A stretch of DNA of 61,113 bases. Source: an uncultured Acidobacteriota bacterium (GTDB taxonomy: Bacteria; Acidobacteriota; Polarisedimenticolia; Gp22-AA2). Every line of letters starts with the position of its first letter. Position 1 is the stretch's first letter. The stretch covers positions 1 through 61,113 of the forward strand of contig CAYLND010000004.1 of assembly GCA_964384905.1 (NCBI GenBank), written 5' to 3'. The notes beneath the pieces are model-generated. The model was given only the letters and a program-made list of their open reading frames with translations, had not been told where the DNA came from and did not search any database. The translations under genes and the position numbers were made by a program. This document shows, piece after piece, positions 1 to 9,681 of the stretch.

Positions 1-2
1 CC

Positions 3-956
3 CGCGGCTGCACGTTCGACTGCAGCTTCTGCTCGATCATCGAGATGCGCGGCCGGAACTTCCACACCTTCGACTTCGAGCGGGTGCTCGCCGACATCCG
101 CGATGCCCGGGAGCACGGCGCGCGAGCCATCTTCATCGTCGACGACAACGTGACTCTCGACGTTCGGCGCTTCGAAGCGCTCTGCCGCGCCCTGATCGAG
201 GCGAAATTGAACGACCTCCGTTATCTGGTGCAGGCGATGACCTCCTCCATCGCGAACCACGGCGAGACGCTCGCCCCCTTGATGCGTCAGGCGGGCTTTC
301 GCTACGTGTTTCTCGGAATCGAGAACGTTCTCGAGGACGATCTGGAGTTCCTGCGCGCGTCGTCGAAGAACCGGGAGAGAAGGAACGGACGCCTCGTCGG
401 CAACGCGACCGTGACGGCCATCGATCACCTGCATCGCAACAGGATGTACGTCGTCGGGGGCCTGATCGTCGGGAACCCCGCGGACACCGCCGACTCGATC
501 AGCGCCAACCTGGAGTTCGCCCGCCGTTACATCGACTGGCCCTACATCCAGCACCCGACGCCGTATCCCGGCACTCCCATGACCGCGGATTTCCGGGAGC
601 GTGATCTGATCATCAGCGAGCGTCTCGAGGAGTACGACGGGACGACGGCCGTCGTGCGCAGCGAGCACCTGTCCGCGGAGGAGATCGAGTTCCAGCGCTG
701 GCGCTCCGAACGCTGGATGAAGGTGCGCCATATGCCCGCCGTGCTGCGGCAGAGCCCGTTGTTCCTCCTGCGGCACTGGCGCAAGATGCTGAGCCACACG
801 TATCGGGGGAGCACCCTCAGGACGTTTCTGGGACTCGAAGACGAGCGCGCCGCGTTCGAGCGTTACAGGGCGATTCGGCGCGCCGAGCGCGACGACCTCC
901 TCGCGGGCGGTCCCGGGGCCACCCGTCCCTTTCCCTCCCGGGCGTTCTCGAGCTGA
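3..956 (+). CDS. Radical SAM protein, probably B12-binding (class B methylase-like) type; 5' end lies outside the window
   Basis: The frame is open from base 3, upstream of the listed ATG at 45, and reads RGCTFDCSFCS (CX3CX2C at 9-32). IFIVDDN, GIE and TPYPGTP are typical radical-SAM barrel motifs. Confidence 0.85.
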   Translation, partial: RGCTFDCSFCSIIEMRGRNFHTFDFERVLADIRDAREHGARAIFIVDDNVTLDVRRFEALCRALIEAKLNDLRYLVQAMTSSIANHGETLAPLMRQAGFRYVFLGIENVLEDDLEFLRASSKNRERRNGRLVGNATVTAIDHLHRNRMYVVGGLIVGNPADTADSISANLEFARRYIDWPYIQHPTPYPGTPMTADFRERDLIISERLEEYDGTTAVVRSEHLSAEEIEFQRWRSERWMKVRHMPAVLRQSPLFLLRHWRKMLSHTYRGSTLRTFLGLEDERAAFERYRAIRRAERDDLLAGGPGATRPFPSRAFSS

Positions 957-963
957 TCCTCCC

Positions 964-1788
964 GTGCGAGCGCTCCTGATCGCGGTCCTGGCCGCGTCGA
1001 CGGCGACCGGGGGCGTCCGTCCCGGGCGCGCCGACGAAAAGGCACAAATCGAAACCGCTTTCCGCCGGATGTACGAGCTGCGCTTCGACGATGCCCGTGC
1101 CGAGATTCGCGCTTACCGGGGCGCGCATCCGGACGATCCTTTCGGCGCGGCGGCCGAGGCGGCCAGCCATCTCTTCGAGGAGTTCGACCGACAGGGTGTC
1201 CTGACGTCCGGGTTCTTCCTCGACGATGACCGATTTCTCGGCGGCATCGCCGGGACACCCGATCCGGCGCGGAGCGCGGCGTTCCTCGCCGCCAACGATC
1301 GCGCCCGGGAGATGGCGGGCAAGCGCCTGGAGTCGAATCGCGACGATCCGGACGGTCTCTTCGTACTGACCCTGGTCGACGGAATGCAAGGAGACTTCGA
1401 GGCCGTGATCGAGAAACGCCCGCTGTCGGCCCTCCGCTTCATCCGCCGGGCCGAGCAGGAGGCCCAACGGCTTCTCGCGGTCAGGGCCGACGCCCAGGAC
1501 GCCTACGTCGCGCTCGGCGCCGCGAACTACATCATCGGCTGCCTCCCCGCCTACAAGCGCTTCTTCCTGTGGTTCGGCGGCATCCACGGAGACCGCCTGC
1601 ATGGCATGGAGCAGCTGCAGATGACCGCAGAGCGCGGTCATTACCTGAAGCCGCTCGCGAAGGCGTTCCTCGCGCTGGCCGCCGAGCGCGAGGGTCAGCT
1701 CGAGCGCGCCCGCGCACTGTTCGCAGATCTGACCCGCGAGTTTCCGGCGAACCAGGTCTTCGCTCGCGAAGCTGCGCTCGCGCGGTAG
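964..1788 (+). CDS. Exported TPR-like helical protein
   Basis: N-terminal hydrophobic signal-like segment (MRALLIAVLAASTA); helical repeats such as DAYVALGAANY and ARALFADLTREFPAN; starts 7 nt after the radical SAM stop. Confidence 0.65.
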   Translation: MRALLIAVLAASTATGGVRPGRADEKAQIETAFRRMYELRFDDARAEIRAYRGAHPDDPFGAAAEAASHLFEEFDRQGVLTSGFFLDDDRFLGGIAGTPDPARSAAFLAANDRAREMAGKRLESNRDDPDGLFVLTLVDGMQGDFEAVIEKRPLSALRFIRRAEQEAQRLLAVRADAQDAYVALGAANYIIGCLPAYKRFFLWFGGIHGDRLHGMEQLQMTAERGHYLKPLAKAFLALAAEREGQLERARALFADLTREFPANQVFAREAALAR

Positions 1789-1866
1789 ACGCGGGCCTCT
1801 GCGGCATTGCCCGCCGACAATCCCCGTCCCTAGGTGCCCCCGCTGCCTGTGCTACGCTCTCGCGCC

Positions 1867-3084
1867 ATGGTCGGCGGCACGGGCAAGCGGAAACGCTTCA
1901 CCAGCGCGAAGACGGAGCGCTTCAGCGAGTCGGTCATCCGCGAGATGACGCGGCTGGCGATGGAGCACGACGCCATCAACCTGGCGCAGGGGTTCCCCGA
2001 CTTCGCGGCCCCCGAGGAGCTGAAGCAGGCGGCGCGCCGGGCGATCACGGAGGACGTCAACCAGTACGCCATCACCTGGGGCGCGAAGAATCTCCGTGAC
2101 GCCATCGCCCGCCGGATGAACGAGACGCAGCGGCTGGAGGTCGACCCCGAGACCGAGATCACCGTCTGCTGCGGCTCGACCGAGGCGATGATCGCCTCGC
2201 TTCTCGCCACGACCGACGCGGGCGACGAGATCGTCGTGTTCGAGCCGTTCTACGAGAACTACGGGCCGGACGCCATCCTGTCGGGCGCCCGCCCGAGGTT
2301 CGTCGCGCTCCACCCTCCCGCCGATGACGGCGGCGAGTGGACCTTCGACGAAAAGGAGCTGCGCGCCGCGTTCGGCCCGCGCACCAAGGCGATCGTCCTC
2401 AACACGCCGAACAATCCCACCGGCAAGGTGTTCACCCGGTCCGAGCTGGAATTCATCCGCGATCTCTGCCTCGAGCACGACGCTCTGGCCGTCACGGACG
2501 AGATCTACGAGCACATCCTGTACGACGGCGCGGAGCACGTCTCGATGGCCCGCATCGACGGGATGCGCGGGCGCACCATCACCATCAACGGGATGTCGAA
2601 GACGTACAGCGTCACGGGCTGGCGCGTCGGCTGGGCGGTGGCGCCGCCGGCGCTCAGCGGGGCGATTCGCAAGGTGCACGATTTCCTGACCGTCGGGGCG
2701 CCGGCGCCTCTGCAGGAGGCGGGGGTCGCGGCCCTCGCCCTGCCGTCCGCGTACTACCGGCGCCTCGCCGAGGAGTACCGCGCCCGGCGCGACCGTCTCC
2801 TGCCCGCCTTGCGCCAGGCGGGCTTCGTCGCCTACACGCCCCGCGGCGCCTACTACATCATGACCGACATCCGCAGCTTCGGGTTCGCCGACGATCGGGC
2901 CTTCGCGATGCACCTGGTGCGCGACGTCGGGGTGGCCGTCGTCCCGGGCTCGAGCTTCTACGACGATCCCGCCGACGGGGCCCATCAGGTGCGGTTCGCC
3001 TTCTCCAAGCGCGACGAGACGCTGGACGAGGCCGCCTCCCGGCTGAGGACGCTCCGCGGCCGCCCGCGACGAACGCGCGGATGA
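1867..3084 (+). CDS. PLP-dependent aminotransferase class I/II (YbdL/kynurenine-aminotransferase-like)
   Basis: INLAQGFPDF, NTPNNPTG, DEIYEH and the PLP-lysine motif SKTYSVTGWRVG. Start placed at ATG 1867, 8 nt after an extended -10 (TGcTACGCT, 1850-1858). Confidence 0.92.
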   Translation: MVGGTGKRKRFTSAKTERFSESVIREMTRLAMEHDAINLAQGFPDFAAPEELKQAARRAITEDVNQYAITWGAKNLRDAIARRMNETQRLEVDPETEITVCCGSTEAMIASLLATTDAGDEIVVFEPFYENYGPDAILSGARPRFVALHPPADDGGEWTFDEKELRAAFGPRTKAIVLNTPNNPTGKVFTRSELEFIRDLCLEHDALAVTDEIYEHILYDGAEHVSMARIDGMRGRTITINGMSKTYSVTGWRVGWAVAPPALSGAIRKVHDFLTVGAPAPLQEAGVAALALPSAYYRRLAEEYRARRDRLLPALRQAGFVAYTPRGAYYIMTDIRSFGFADDRAFAMHLVRDVGVAVVPGSSFYDDPADGAHQVRFAFSKRDETLDEAASRLRTLRGRPRRTRG

Positions 3085-4418
3085 GCCGGCTCGCCCGGCG
3101 GCTGCGCACCGTCGACTATTTCACCCTCGGGTTCGGCACCATGGTCGGCGTCGGCTGGCTGGTCCTGATGGACGACTGGCTGACGCGCGGCGGCCCGGCC
3201 GGCGTCATGCTCGGCTTCGCCATCGGCGGCGTCGTCCTCCTGCCGATCGCCCTGGTGTACGGCCGCCTGGTGCGCGCCATCCCGGACGCCGGGAGCGAGA
3301 TCGCCTACACCGCCGGCGTCTTCCCGCCCGCCGCCAGCTTCGCCACCGGCTGGATGATGATGCTGGCTTACCTGATCGTCTGTCCGTGGGAGGCGGTCGC
3401 CATCGGCCGGCTGGCGGCCTATCTCTTCCCCGGGCTCGACCGGCTGGAGCTGTACCGCGTCGCCGGGACGCCGGTGTTCCTGCCGCGGCTCGGGCTCGGC
3501 ATGACGCTGACGGCCGCCATCACCCTGATCAACTATCGCGGCATCCGGCTGAGCGCCTCGTTCCAGAAGTGGATGACCTTCGTCCTGCTGGCGATGTTCG
3601 CGGCCTTCCTGCTGGCGTCGGCGGGCCGCGGGTCGCTGGCGAACTTCCGGCCCCCGTTCAGCCACGCCGGGCCGATCTCGGTCCTCCTGGTGCTGCAGAT
3701 CGTGCCTTACTTCATGACCGGGTTCGAGTCGGTGCCGAAGTGCGCCGAAGAGGCCAGCCCCGGCTTCCGCGACCAGGGATTCCTGAAGGCGATGCTGCTG
3801 GCGCTGGCGGTGGCGGTCGTCTTCTACACGACCGTCGCGGCCCTGATCGCCTACCTGCAGCCGTGGCAGGGTCTGGCGTCCCAGCGGTTCGCCACCGCGC
3901 TGGCGTTCGAGCGGGCGTTCGGAAGCCGTCGTGTCGTCGAGCTGCTGTTTCTGGCGGCGCTGGTGTCGCTGGTCAAGGTCTTCAACGGCAACTTCGTCGC
4001 CGCCAGCCGGCTGCTGTTCGCCCTGGGACGGAGAGGTCTCGTGGACGAGAGATTCGGCCGCATCCACGAACGAACCTTCGTCCCGTCCACGGCTGTTCTG
4101 GCCTTGGGCGGCGCCACGGCTGCGGCGACCTTCCTGGGGGACGCGATCCTGGTCCCGATCACCGAGGTCGGCTCGATGGCGTCGGCGCTTGGGTGGCTGG
4201 CAGCCTGTCTCGCCTTCTTCTTCCTCCAGCCCGCGCCGCGGGACCGCGCCCTCGCCCTGGCCGGGACGGGCGTGGCGGCGCTCTTGATCCTGATGAAGAT
4301 CGCCCCGATGGTCCCCGGCCATTTCACGCGCGCCGAGTGGATCGCCCTGCTCGTCTGGTCGGCCCTCGGCCTGGCCGTGCGCCGGCGCGGCCCGGCTCAG
4401 CGCGCGCCCCAGCCCTGA
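3081..4418 (+). CDS. APC-family amino acid permease
   Basis: ATGA overlap with the aminotransferase stop; GTMVGVGW in TM1, FMTGFESVPKCAEE in TM6, about 12 hydrophobic segments (C-terminal part of ORF 2337..4418). Confidence 0.9.
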   Translation: MSRLARRLRTVDYFTLGFGTMVGVGWLVLMDDWLTRGGPAGVMLGFAIGGVVLLPIALVYGRLVRAIPDAGSEIAYTAGVFPPAASFATGWMMMLAYLIVCPWEAVAIGRLAAYLFPGLDRLELYRVAGTPVFLPRLGLGMTLTAAITLINYRGIRLSASFQKWMTFVLLAMFAAFLLASAGRGSLANFRPPFSHAGPISVLLVLQIVPYFMTGFESVPKCAEEASPGFRDQGFLKAMLLALAVAVVFYTTVAALIAYLQPWQGLASQRFATALAFERAFGSRRVVELLFLAALVSLVKVFNGNFVAASRLLFALGRRGLVDERFGRIHERTFVPSTAVLALGGATAAATFLGDAILVPITEVGSMASALGWLAACLAFFFLQPAPRDRALALAGTGVAALLILMKIAPMVPGHFTRAEWIALLVWSALGLAVRRRGPAQRAPQP

Positions 4419-4481
4419 CTGCGGCCTCCACGCGCCCGATCGATCCGACCCTCCGCAGCATCGAAAGAATGCTCCCCATTG

Positions 4482-4510
4482 TTGAAAAAAACGGGATTGG
4501 CTGATATAGA
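4482..4510 (+). promoter_or_regulatory. sigma70-type promoter of the Cys-repeat gene
   Basis: TTGAAA (4482-4487), 17 nt, TATAGA (4505-4510), with TG at 4502-4503 (extended -10), in an AT-rich patch; SD GAGGAG at 4581-4586. Confidence 0.7.
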
Positions 4511-4589
4511 TGGATCCACACCTAAGGGCCGCGACGCTTGAGGGAGGACTTCCTCCCAGGAGGACGAGCGCAAGGGCCATGAGGAGATC

Positions 4590-6137
4590 GTGATGGAAAT
4601 CGGACAAGGGACCGGGTCGTTGGAGTCGAGGACGCGCTCGTCCGTGTCATCCAGGGCGGCGCTCCTCGCGATATTCATGATTCTGGCGGTCTGCGGATGG
4701 GTCGTCGCGGATGTATCCGACCACATTCCCCGTCGGGGGCTCACCGCCCTAGCCGCATTGCAGCATAGAAACCAGCAGAGACCCTGGAACGCCTTGATCC
4801 CGCGCATCGTCCTGGCGGCCGCCAACGCCTCCACACGCCTCGCTCAATCGGGCGTCCATTGCGAGCAGGGCGAGGCGCCCGACGCCGTCGAGGCCTGTGC
4901 GGGGAAGCAAGCGGGCGATGCCTGCACGGTCGACCGCGAAGAGCACGACTTCACCGGCCAGTGCGCTGTGATCCCGGGCGGGATGCTCGCCTGCCAGCCG
5001 CCGTCACCACCCCCTCCGCCCCCGAACGCGGTGAGCGCGTGCGACGGCCTGAAAGCGGGGGACGCGTGCCAGGTGACGGACGACAGTCACACGGTCAACG
5101 GCCTGTGCAGGATGTTCGGGACCGGCGTGCTGGCATGCGTGCCGATCCCGCTGCCCTTGCAGGGACTGATCGACGCCTGCACCGGCAAGAGCGCGGGCGA
5201 CGCCTGCTCGTTCACCCACGAGGACGAGACCGTCAGCGGCCTGTGCATGGCCCTCCCGGACCTGGGGAGCGTGCTGGTCTGCACCCCGCAGCAGGCGATT
5301 CCGCCACGGGTCACCGCCTGCGCCGGCAAGAGCGCCGGCGACGCCTGCTCCTTCACCGGCGAGGATGGGCCGATCAACGGGACCTGCGCCATGCCGCCCG
5401 ATCGCAACGTCCTGGTGTGCCAGTCTCCGCCTCCGCCGGCGGCCGTGAACCCCTGCACCAGCAAGAACGCCGGCGATGCCTGCTCCTTCACGGATGACGA
5501 TCAGACTGTGAACGGCACGTGTATGGCCCTCCCGGACCAGGGCGGACTGCTGGTCTGCGTGCCGCAACAGGAGATTCCGCCGCGGGTCACCGCCTGCGCC
5601 GGCAAGAGCGCCGGCGACGTCTGCTCCTTCACCAACGACGACAGGACCGTCACCGGAAACTGCATCATGCCTCCCGATCACAACATCCTGGTGTGCCAGC
5701 CGCCGCCCCCGCAGGCGCTGATCGACGCCTGCGCGGGCAAGGCGGCGGGCGATGCCTGCGCCGTGACCCTGGGCGATCGCTCCTTCACCGGAACCTGCGC
5801 GACGGCGCCCGACGGCACGACCCTCGCCTGCATGCCGCCGCGCGAGGAATCAGAGCAATCACCGCGCGTGACCGCCTGCACGGGCATGGCCGCGGGCGCG
5901 TCGTGCACCGTGTCGGGCGATCACAGGCCCCGGCACGGCACCTGCCGCCCGAACGACGAGGGGGTGCTGGCGTGCCTGCCGCCGGCACCGCCGCAGGAGA
6001 TGGTGGACGCGTGCTCCGGCCTGAAGGTCGGCGACGCCTGCTCCTTCCCCTGGAAGGATCAAACCCTGAGCGGCACGTGCCGGGCCCTGCCCGGTGGCGC
6101 CACTCTGGTCTGCGCCTCTCTCTGCCCGCACTCCTGA
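4590..6137 (+). CDS. Exported or membrane-anchored protein with nine tandem four-cysteine repeats
   Basis: N-terminal hydrophobic stretch AALLAIFMILAVCGWVVA, then 9 x C-x8-C-x12-C-x9-11-C (consensus ACxGKxAGDACSF...GxC...LxC) with Pro-rich linkers; SD and promoter present. Confidence 0.85.
   Translation: MMEIGQGTGSLESRTRSSVSSRAALLAIFMILAVCGWVVADVSDHIPRRGLTALAALQHRNQQRPWNALIPRIVLAAANASTRLAQSGVHCEQGEAPDAVEACAGKQAGDACTVDREEHDFTGQCAVIPGGMLACQPPSPPPPPPNAVSACDGLKAGDACQVTDDSHTVNGLCRMFGTGVLACVPIPLPLQGLIDACTGKSAGDACSFTHEDETVSGLCMALPDLGSVLVCTPQQAIPPRVTACAGKSAGDACSFTGEDGPINGTCAMPPDRNVLVCQSPPPPAAVNPCTSKNAGDACSFTDDDQTVNGTCMALPDQGGLLVCVPQQEIPPRVTACAGKSAGDVCSFTNDDRTVTGNCIMPPDHNILVCQPPPPQALIDACAGKAAGDACAVTLGDRSFTGTCATAPDGTTLACMPPREESEQSPRVTACTGMAAGASCTVSGDHRPRHGTCRPNDEGVLACLPPAPPQEMVDACSGLKVGDACSFPWKDQTLSGTCRALPGGATLVCASLCPHS
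5307..5633 (+). repeat. Intragenic direct repeat with 276-nt period
   Basis: A 37-nt exact match cgggtcaccgcctgcgccggcaagagcgccggcgacg at 5307 and 5583 continues after one mismatch as ctgctccttcacc. Confidence 0.9.
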
Positions 6138-6191
6138 CGGGAGGATAGGTCGTCCAGTGCACCCCGAGGGCGACCTGCACCGCTAGTCCGG

Positions 6192-6223
6192 GGCGGGCAC
6201 GGCGTATCGATGTCGTGCCCGCC
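6192..6223. terminator. Hairpin between convergent genes (possible terminator)
   Basis: 10-bp stem ggcgggcacg/cgtgcccgcc; no clear U-tract. Confidence 0.4.
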
Positions 6224-6259
6224 TCGCGTCATCTTCCGCGTGACCTGTCCACCAGGCTG

Positions 6260-9200
6260 TCAGGGCCGGCGATCCCAGTAATCGTCGGGGCGGTCGTCGG
6301 ATTCGAGCGCCTCCGGGCTGACCCAGTCATACTCGCCGAACGGCTGGCGCTGCGGCCAGACTTCGTCCAGCGTCGCGGCGTCGTAGAGGACGCCGTCCTG
6401 CATGACGTACAGCGCGTCGGTGGTGTTGCGGATGCCGTCGAGGGGATTCGCGTTCAGCACCACGAGATCGGCGAGCTTGCCGGGAACGAGCGAGCCGAGA
6501 TCCTGCTCCGCGCCGAGGAAGTGCGCCGGCTGGATCGTCGCCACCTCGAGGGCTCCCATCGGCCCCAGGCCCTCGGCGGCCATCCAGATGTCGAAGTGCG
6601 TGTCCATGCCGTGGAACTGCCCGTGGCCACCCACCGCGCCGTACCCGCCTTCGGCGATGACGTCGGCGAGCGCCTGGGCGTAGAGCGCCGAGCCGAAGTC
6701 GGTGATCGGGCGCAGCATGCGGCGGCGGGTGCGCGCCATGAGATCCCACGAAGGCATGAAGCGGCGCAGCTTGGCGTCCTTCCAGAGATCGCGCTCGGCG
6801 TAGAACTGCTGGTCGCCCCACGGACCGGGGCCGCTGGCGCAGAAGGTCGCGGAGTACGTGGCTTTCGCCTGCCCCACGAAGCGGGCGGCGTCGCGGTACA
6901 GCGGGATGGCCAGGATCTCGTGCTCCCAGCCGGGCTGGCCGTCCATGATCATGCCGAGCTCGTGCTCGAACGAGCCGCCCTCCCCCGTCACCATCACGCC
7001 GCGCTTCCTCGCCGCCTCCACGATCCACTGCCGCTGATCGCGCCGCGGGTTCATATACTGCTTGATGGAGACCGCACCCCAGGCGGCGAGCCGGTTGACT
7101 TCGTGCTCGGTCTCCTCGTAGCTGGCGATCTCCCTGGAGCGCTCCGACTGGAGCGACGGCTCGGTCGCCTCGTCCGGATTCTGTCCGGCGATCCAGTCGC
7201 CGATCGGCTCGCCGGTGCTGAACAGGCGCGGCCCGAGCGCCAGCCCGGCGCGGATCAGCTCGGCGTTGCTGAACACGGTGGTCGAGGTGGCGGAGGGATC
7301 CATGGCGGTCGTGATGCCGTAGGCGAGGTAGATCGCCGACTCGAAATTATGAGGCGGGATGACGATCGCCTTGCGGTCGTTGAAATGGGCGTGCATGTCG
7401 ATCAGGCCCGGGATGATCGTCTTGCCGGCGGCGTCGATCACGCGCTCCGCCTGCGCGGCGTCGCACTCCCCGACGCAGACAATCCGGCTGCCCCGGACCA
7501 GGACCGTCCCCCGCTCGATGTTCCTGCGGCCATCCATGGTCAGAATGCGGGCGTCCCGCAGGGCGATCGTCCCCCTGGGGAGGCGGCGCGGCACCCGCAG
7601 ACGGACCGACACGGCGTCGGTCTTGCCCGACGACCGGTGATGCGCCAGGTAGCGGCTGCCGCTCCCGAACTCGATCGTGTCGGCGTCGCGCCAGCGGGGA
7701 AAGAGCCCTCCTTCGTCGGAAAGGCTCCTGACCGGGAGCGCCGGCTTCGTCCAGTCCAGGGTCGGCGGCGCGGCGCCGGTGCCCAGCCAGGGGATCGGCG
7801 CGAGACGGACGTTCATCTCGGCCTGGAACGCGACCCAGCGTCCGTCGGGCGACGCCACCGCTTCGGCGGCGTACGGGAAGCGCAGGTGGACCCGGCGGTC
7901 GCCCCCGTCGGCTGCGACCGAGATCAATTCCGTCGTCGTGCCGGCCGCTCCGGAGGCTCCTTTCCCCTCGCTCTGCTCGGAGTAGAAGATTCTCCCCTCC
8001 GGCCCGAAGCTGGCGCGCACGACTTCCACCGGATCCTCGGGAGGCTTGACGTGCGCCACCACCGTCGCCGGGCCCCCGGCCGCCGGCAGCGACACCAGGT
8101 CGTACCAGGGGTTCTCGGGCCAGGTGCGTGCGCGGGCGGTCACGCCCGTGCCGCGGGCGGCGACGATGCGCCGGCCGTCGGGGCTCCACTCCGGGTTCAG
8201 GTACTCGCCGGTCTCGATCGTGATCCTGCGCGGCGCGCCGCCGCGTGCCGGGACGGTCCACAGCTCGCCGCGCGACTTCTCGTCCCAGGAGGCGAAGACG
8301 ATCGTCCGGCCGTCGGGGGACCAGGCGGGTGACAGCTCGAACGGCGCGAAGCCCTGCGGCGTGAGGCGCCGCGGCTCCCCGTCCGGCAGATCCATGACCC
8401 AGACCTTTCCGACCGCGTGGAACGCCAGCCGCCGGCCGTCGGGCGAAGCGGTCGGCCAGCGCAGCATGCGCGCCTCGAACGGATCGTCGGAAATGCGGAA
8501 CGGCGTGCGGGCCATCTGGGAGATCGTCCGGTGCACCCGGGCGGTGAACGGAATCGTGTCGACCTTGCCGGTCGACACCTCCAGCCGGCGCAGCCTTCCC
8601 CCCTGCGACAGGACGATCGATCTCCCGTCCCGCGCCCAGGCGTATCCGGGAAGGGCCCTGACCGAGAAGCGCACGTCCTCGGCGTTGTCGGTCTCGATCG
8701 GATCCATCACCCGGCGCTCGGCGCCGCTGTCGAGATCGCGCAGCCAGAGCGCCGCCCGCGGCCCGAAGCGCCGGCCGTCGTGCGACACGGTGCCGTCGGG
8801 AATGCGCCGCGCGAAGGCGAGCGTCCGGCCGTCCGGAGAAATCCGGGGCGCGAAACCGCCGTCTCCGGGTCCGCCCGTGAGGTCGTCGGTCCGTCCGGTG
8901 CGCAGCTCCATGCGCCTGATCTGAAGGCACCCCTGCGTCGCCTCGCCGAGGCGGCCGGCGCAGGTGTTGGACTCGAAATAGACGTACGTCCCGTCGGGGG
9001 ACACGGAGGGCCCGCTGACGCCCGTGTCCTCCATGAGGCGGACGCCCTCGCCGCCGTCGCGGTGGTACATCCAGAGGGTGGAGTAGTAGAGACCGCGATG
9101 GCAGACGAGCTGCTTGCGGACGATGAGGTACTGCCCGTCCGGCGTCCAGACCGGCTCTTCGGCGCAGGCGTCCGGATCGGCGAACACGGGCCGCGGACTC

Positions 9201-9589
9201 GAGCCGTCGGCGTTCATGACCCAGACGTTGTTCTGGCCCTGGCGATCGGAGACGAAGGCGATCTGCCGGCCATCCGGCGAGTAGCGCGGTCCGTAGTTGA
9301 GGGCGATGCCGCTGTCCCGCGTGAGGCACTCCGCCTCGCCGCCGGCGGCCGGGACGCGGTAGATGTGCGCCAGGAGATCGAACACCACCCAGCGGCCGTC
9401 CGGGGAGAGATCGACCGACATCTTGGTCCCTTCCTGGGTGCTGAAGTCGATCTCGCGGGTCGCCCCGCGCGGTCGCGTCACGTCCCAGGGCTCCTCGGCG
9501 CGCGGCGCGCCCGCGGTCGCGCAGAGGCACAGTGCCGCGACCAGCGTGGTTCCGGTGCTCAGCGCACGGATCAGGAAGCGGGCCGGCAT
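6260..9589 (-). CDS. Exported amidohydrolase with N-terminal PD40/TolB-like beta-propeller repeats
   Basis: SD GGAGG before ATG 9589 and a signal peptide; many SPDG/WSPDG repeats; C-terminal IIPGLIDMHAH metal motif and GSLVPGKLADLVVL. Confidence 0.9.
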   Translation of the reverse strand: MPARFLIRALSTGTTLVAALCLCATAGAPRAEEPWDVTRPRGATREIDFSTQEGTKMSVDLSPDGRWVVFDLLAHIYRVPAAGGEAECLTRDSGIALNYGPRYSPDGRQIAFVSDRQGQNNVWVMNADGSSPRPVFADPDACAEEPVWTPDGQYLIVRKQLVCHRGLYYSTLWMYHRDGGEGVRLMEDTGVSGPSVSPDGTYVYFESNTCAGRLGEATQGCLQIRRMELRTGRTDDLTGGPGDGGFAPRISPDGRTLAFARRIPDGTVSHDGRRFGPRAALWLRDLDSGAERRVMDPIETDNAEDVRFSVRALPGYAWARDGRSIVLSQGGRLRRLEVSTGKVDTIPFTARVHRTISQMARTPFRISDDPFEARMLRWPTASPDGRRLAFHAVGKVWVMDLPDGEPRRLTPQGFAPFELSPAWSPDGRTIVFASWDEKSRGELWTVPARGGAPRRITIETGEYLNPEWSPDGRRIVAARGTGVTARARTWPENPWYDLVSLPAAGGPATVVAHVKPPEDPVEVVRASFGPEGRIFYSEQSEGKGASGAAGTTTELISVAADGGDRRVHLRFPYAAEAVASPDGRWVAFQAEMNVRLAPIPWLGTGAAPPTLDWTKPALPVRSLSDEGGLFPRWRDADTIEFGSGSRYLAHHRSSGKTDAVSVRLRVPRRLPRGTIALRDARILTMDGRRNIERGTVLVRGSRIVCVGECDAAQAERVIDAAGKTIIPGLIDMHAHFNDRKAIVIPPHNFESAIYLAYGITTAMDPSATSTTVFSNAELIRAGLALGPRLFSTGEPIGDWIAGQNPDEATEPSLQSERSREIASYEETEHEVNRLAAWGAVSIKQYMNPRRDQRQWIVEAARKRGVMVTGEGGSFEHELGMIMDGQPGWEHEILAIPLYRDAARFVGQAKATYSATFCASGPGPWGDQQFYAERDLWKDAKLRRFMPSWDLMARTRRRMLRPITDFGSALYAQALADVIAEGGYGAVGGHGQFHGMDTHFDIWMAAEGLGPMGALEVATIQPAHFLGAEQDLGSLVPGKLADLVVLNANPLDGIRNTTDALYVMQDGVLYDAATLDEVWPQRQPFGEYDWVSPEALESDDRPDDYWDRRP

Positions 9590-9681
9590 CGCAGTCCTCC
9601 CGCGGACCCGCCCGGGTCCGCTCTCAGGACCGGCGAGTATATGTGAGGGGAGTCGGAGGTGCGGGTTGACCCGAATCCCGA

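Noticed and set aside
4850-6130. CRISPR-like array in the periodic DNA
   Set aside because: The repeats are degenerate, in frame and encode the four-Cys modules; there are no unique spacers or cas genes.
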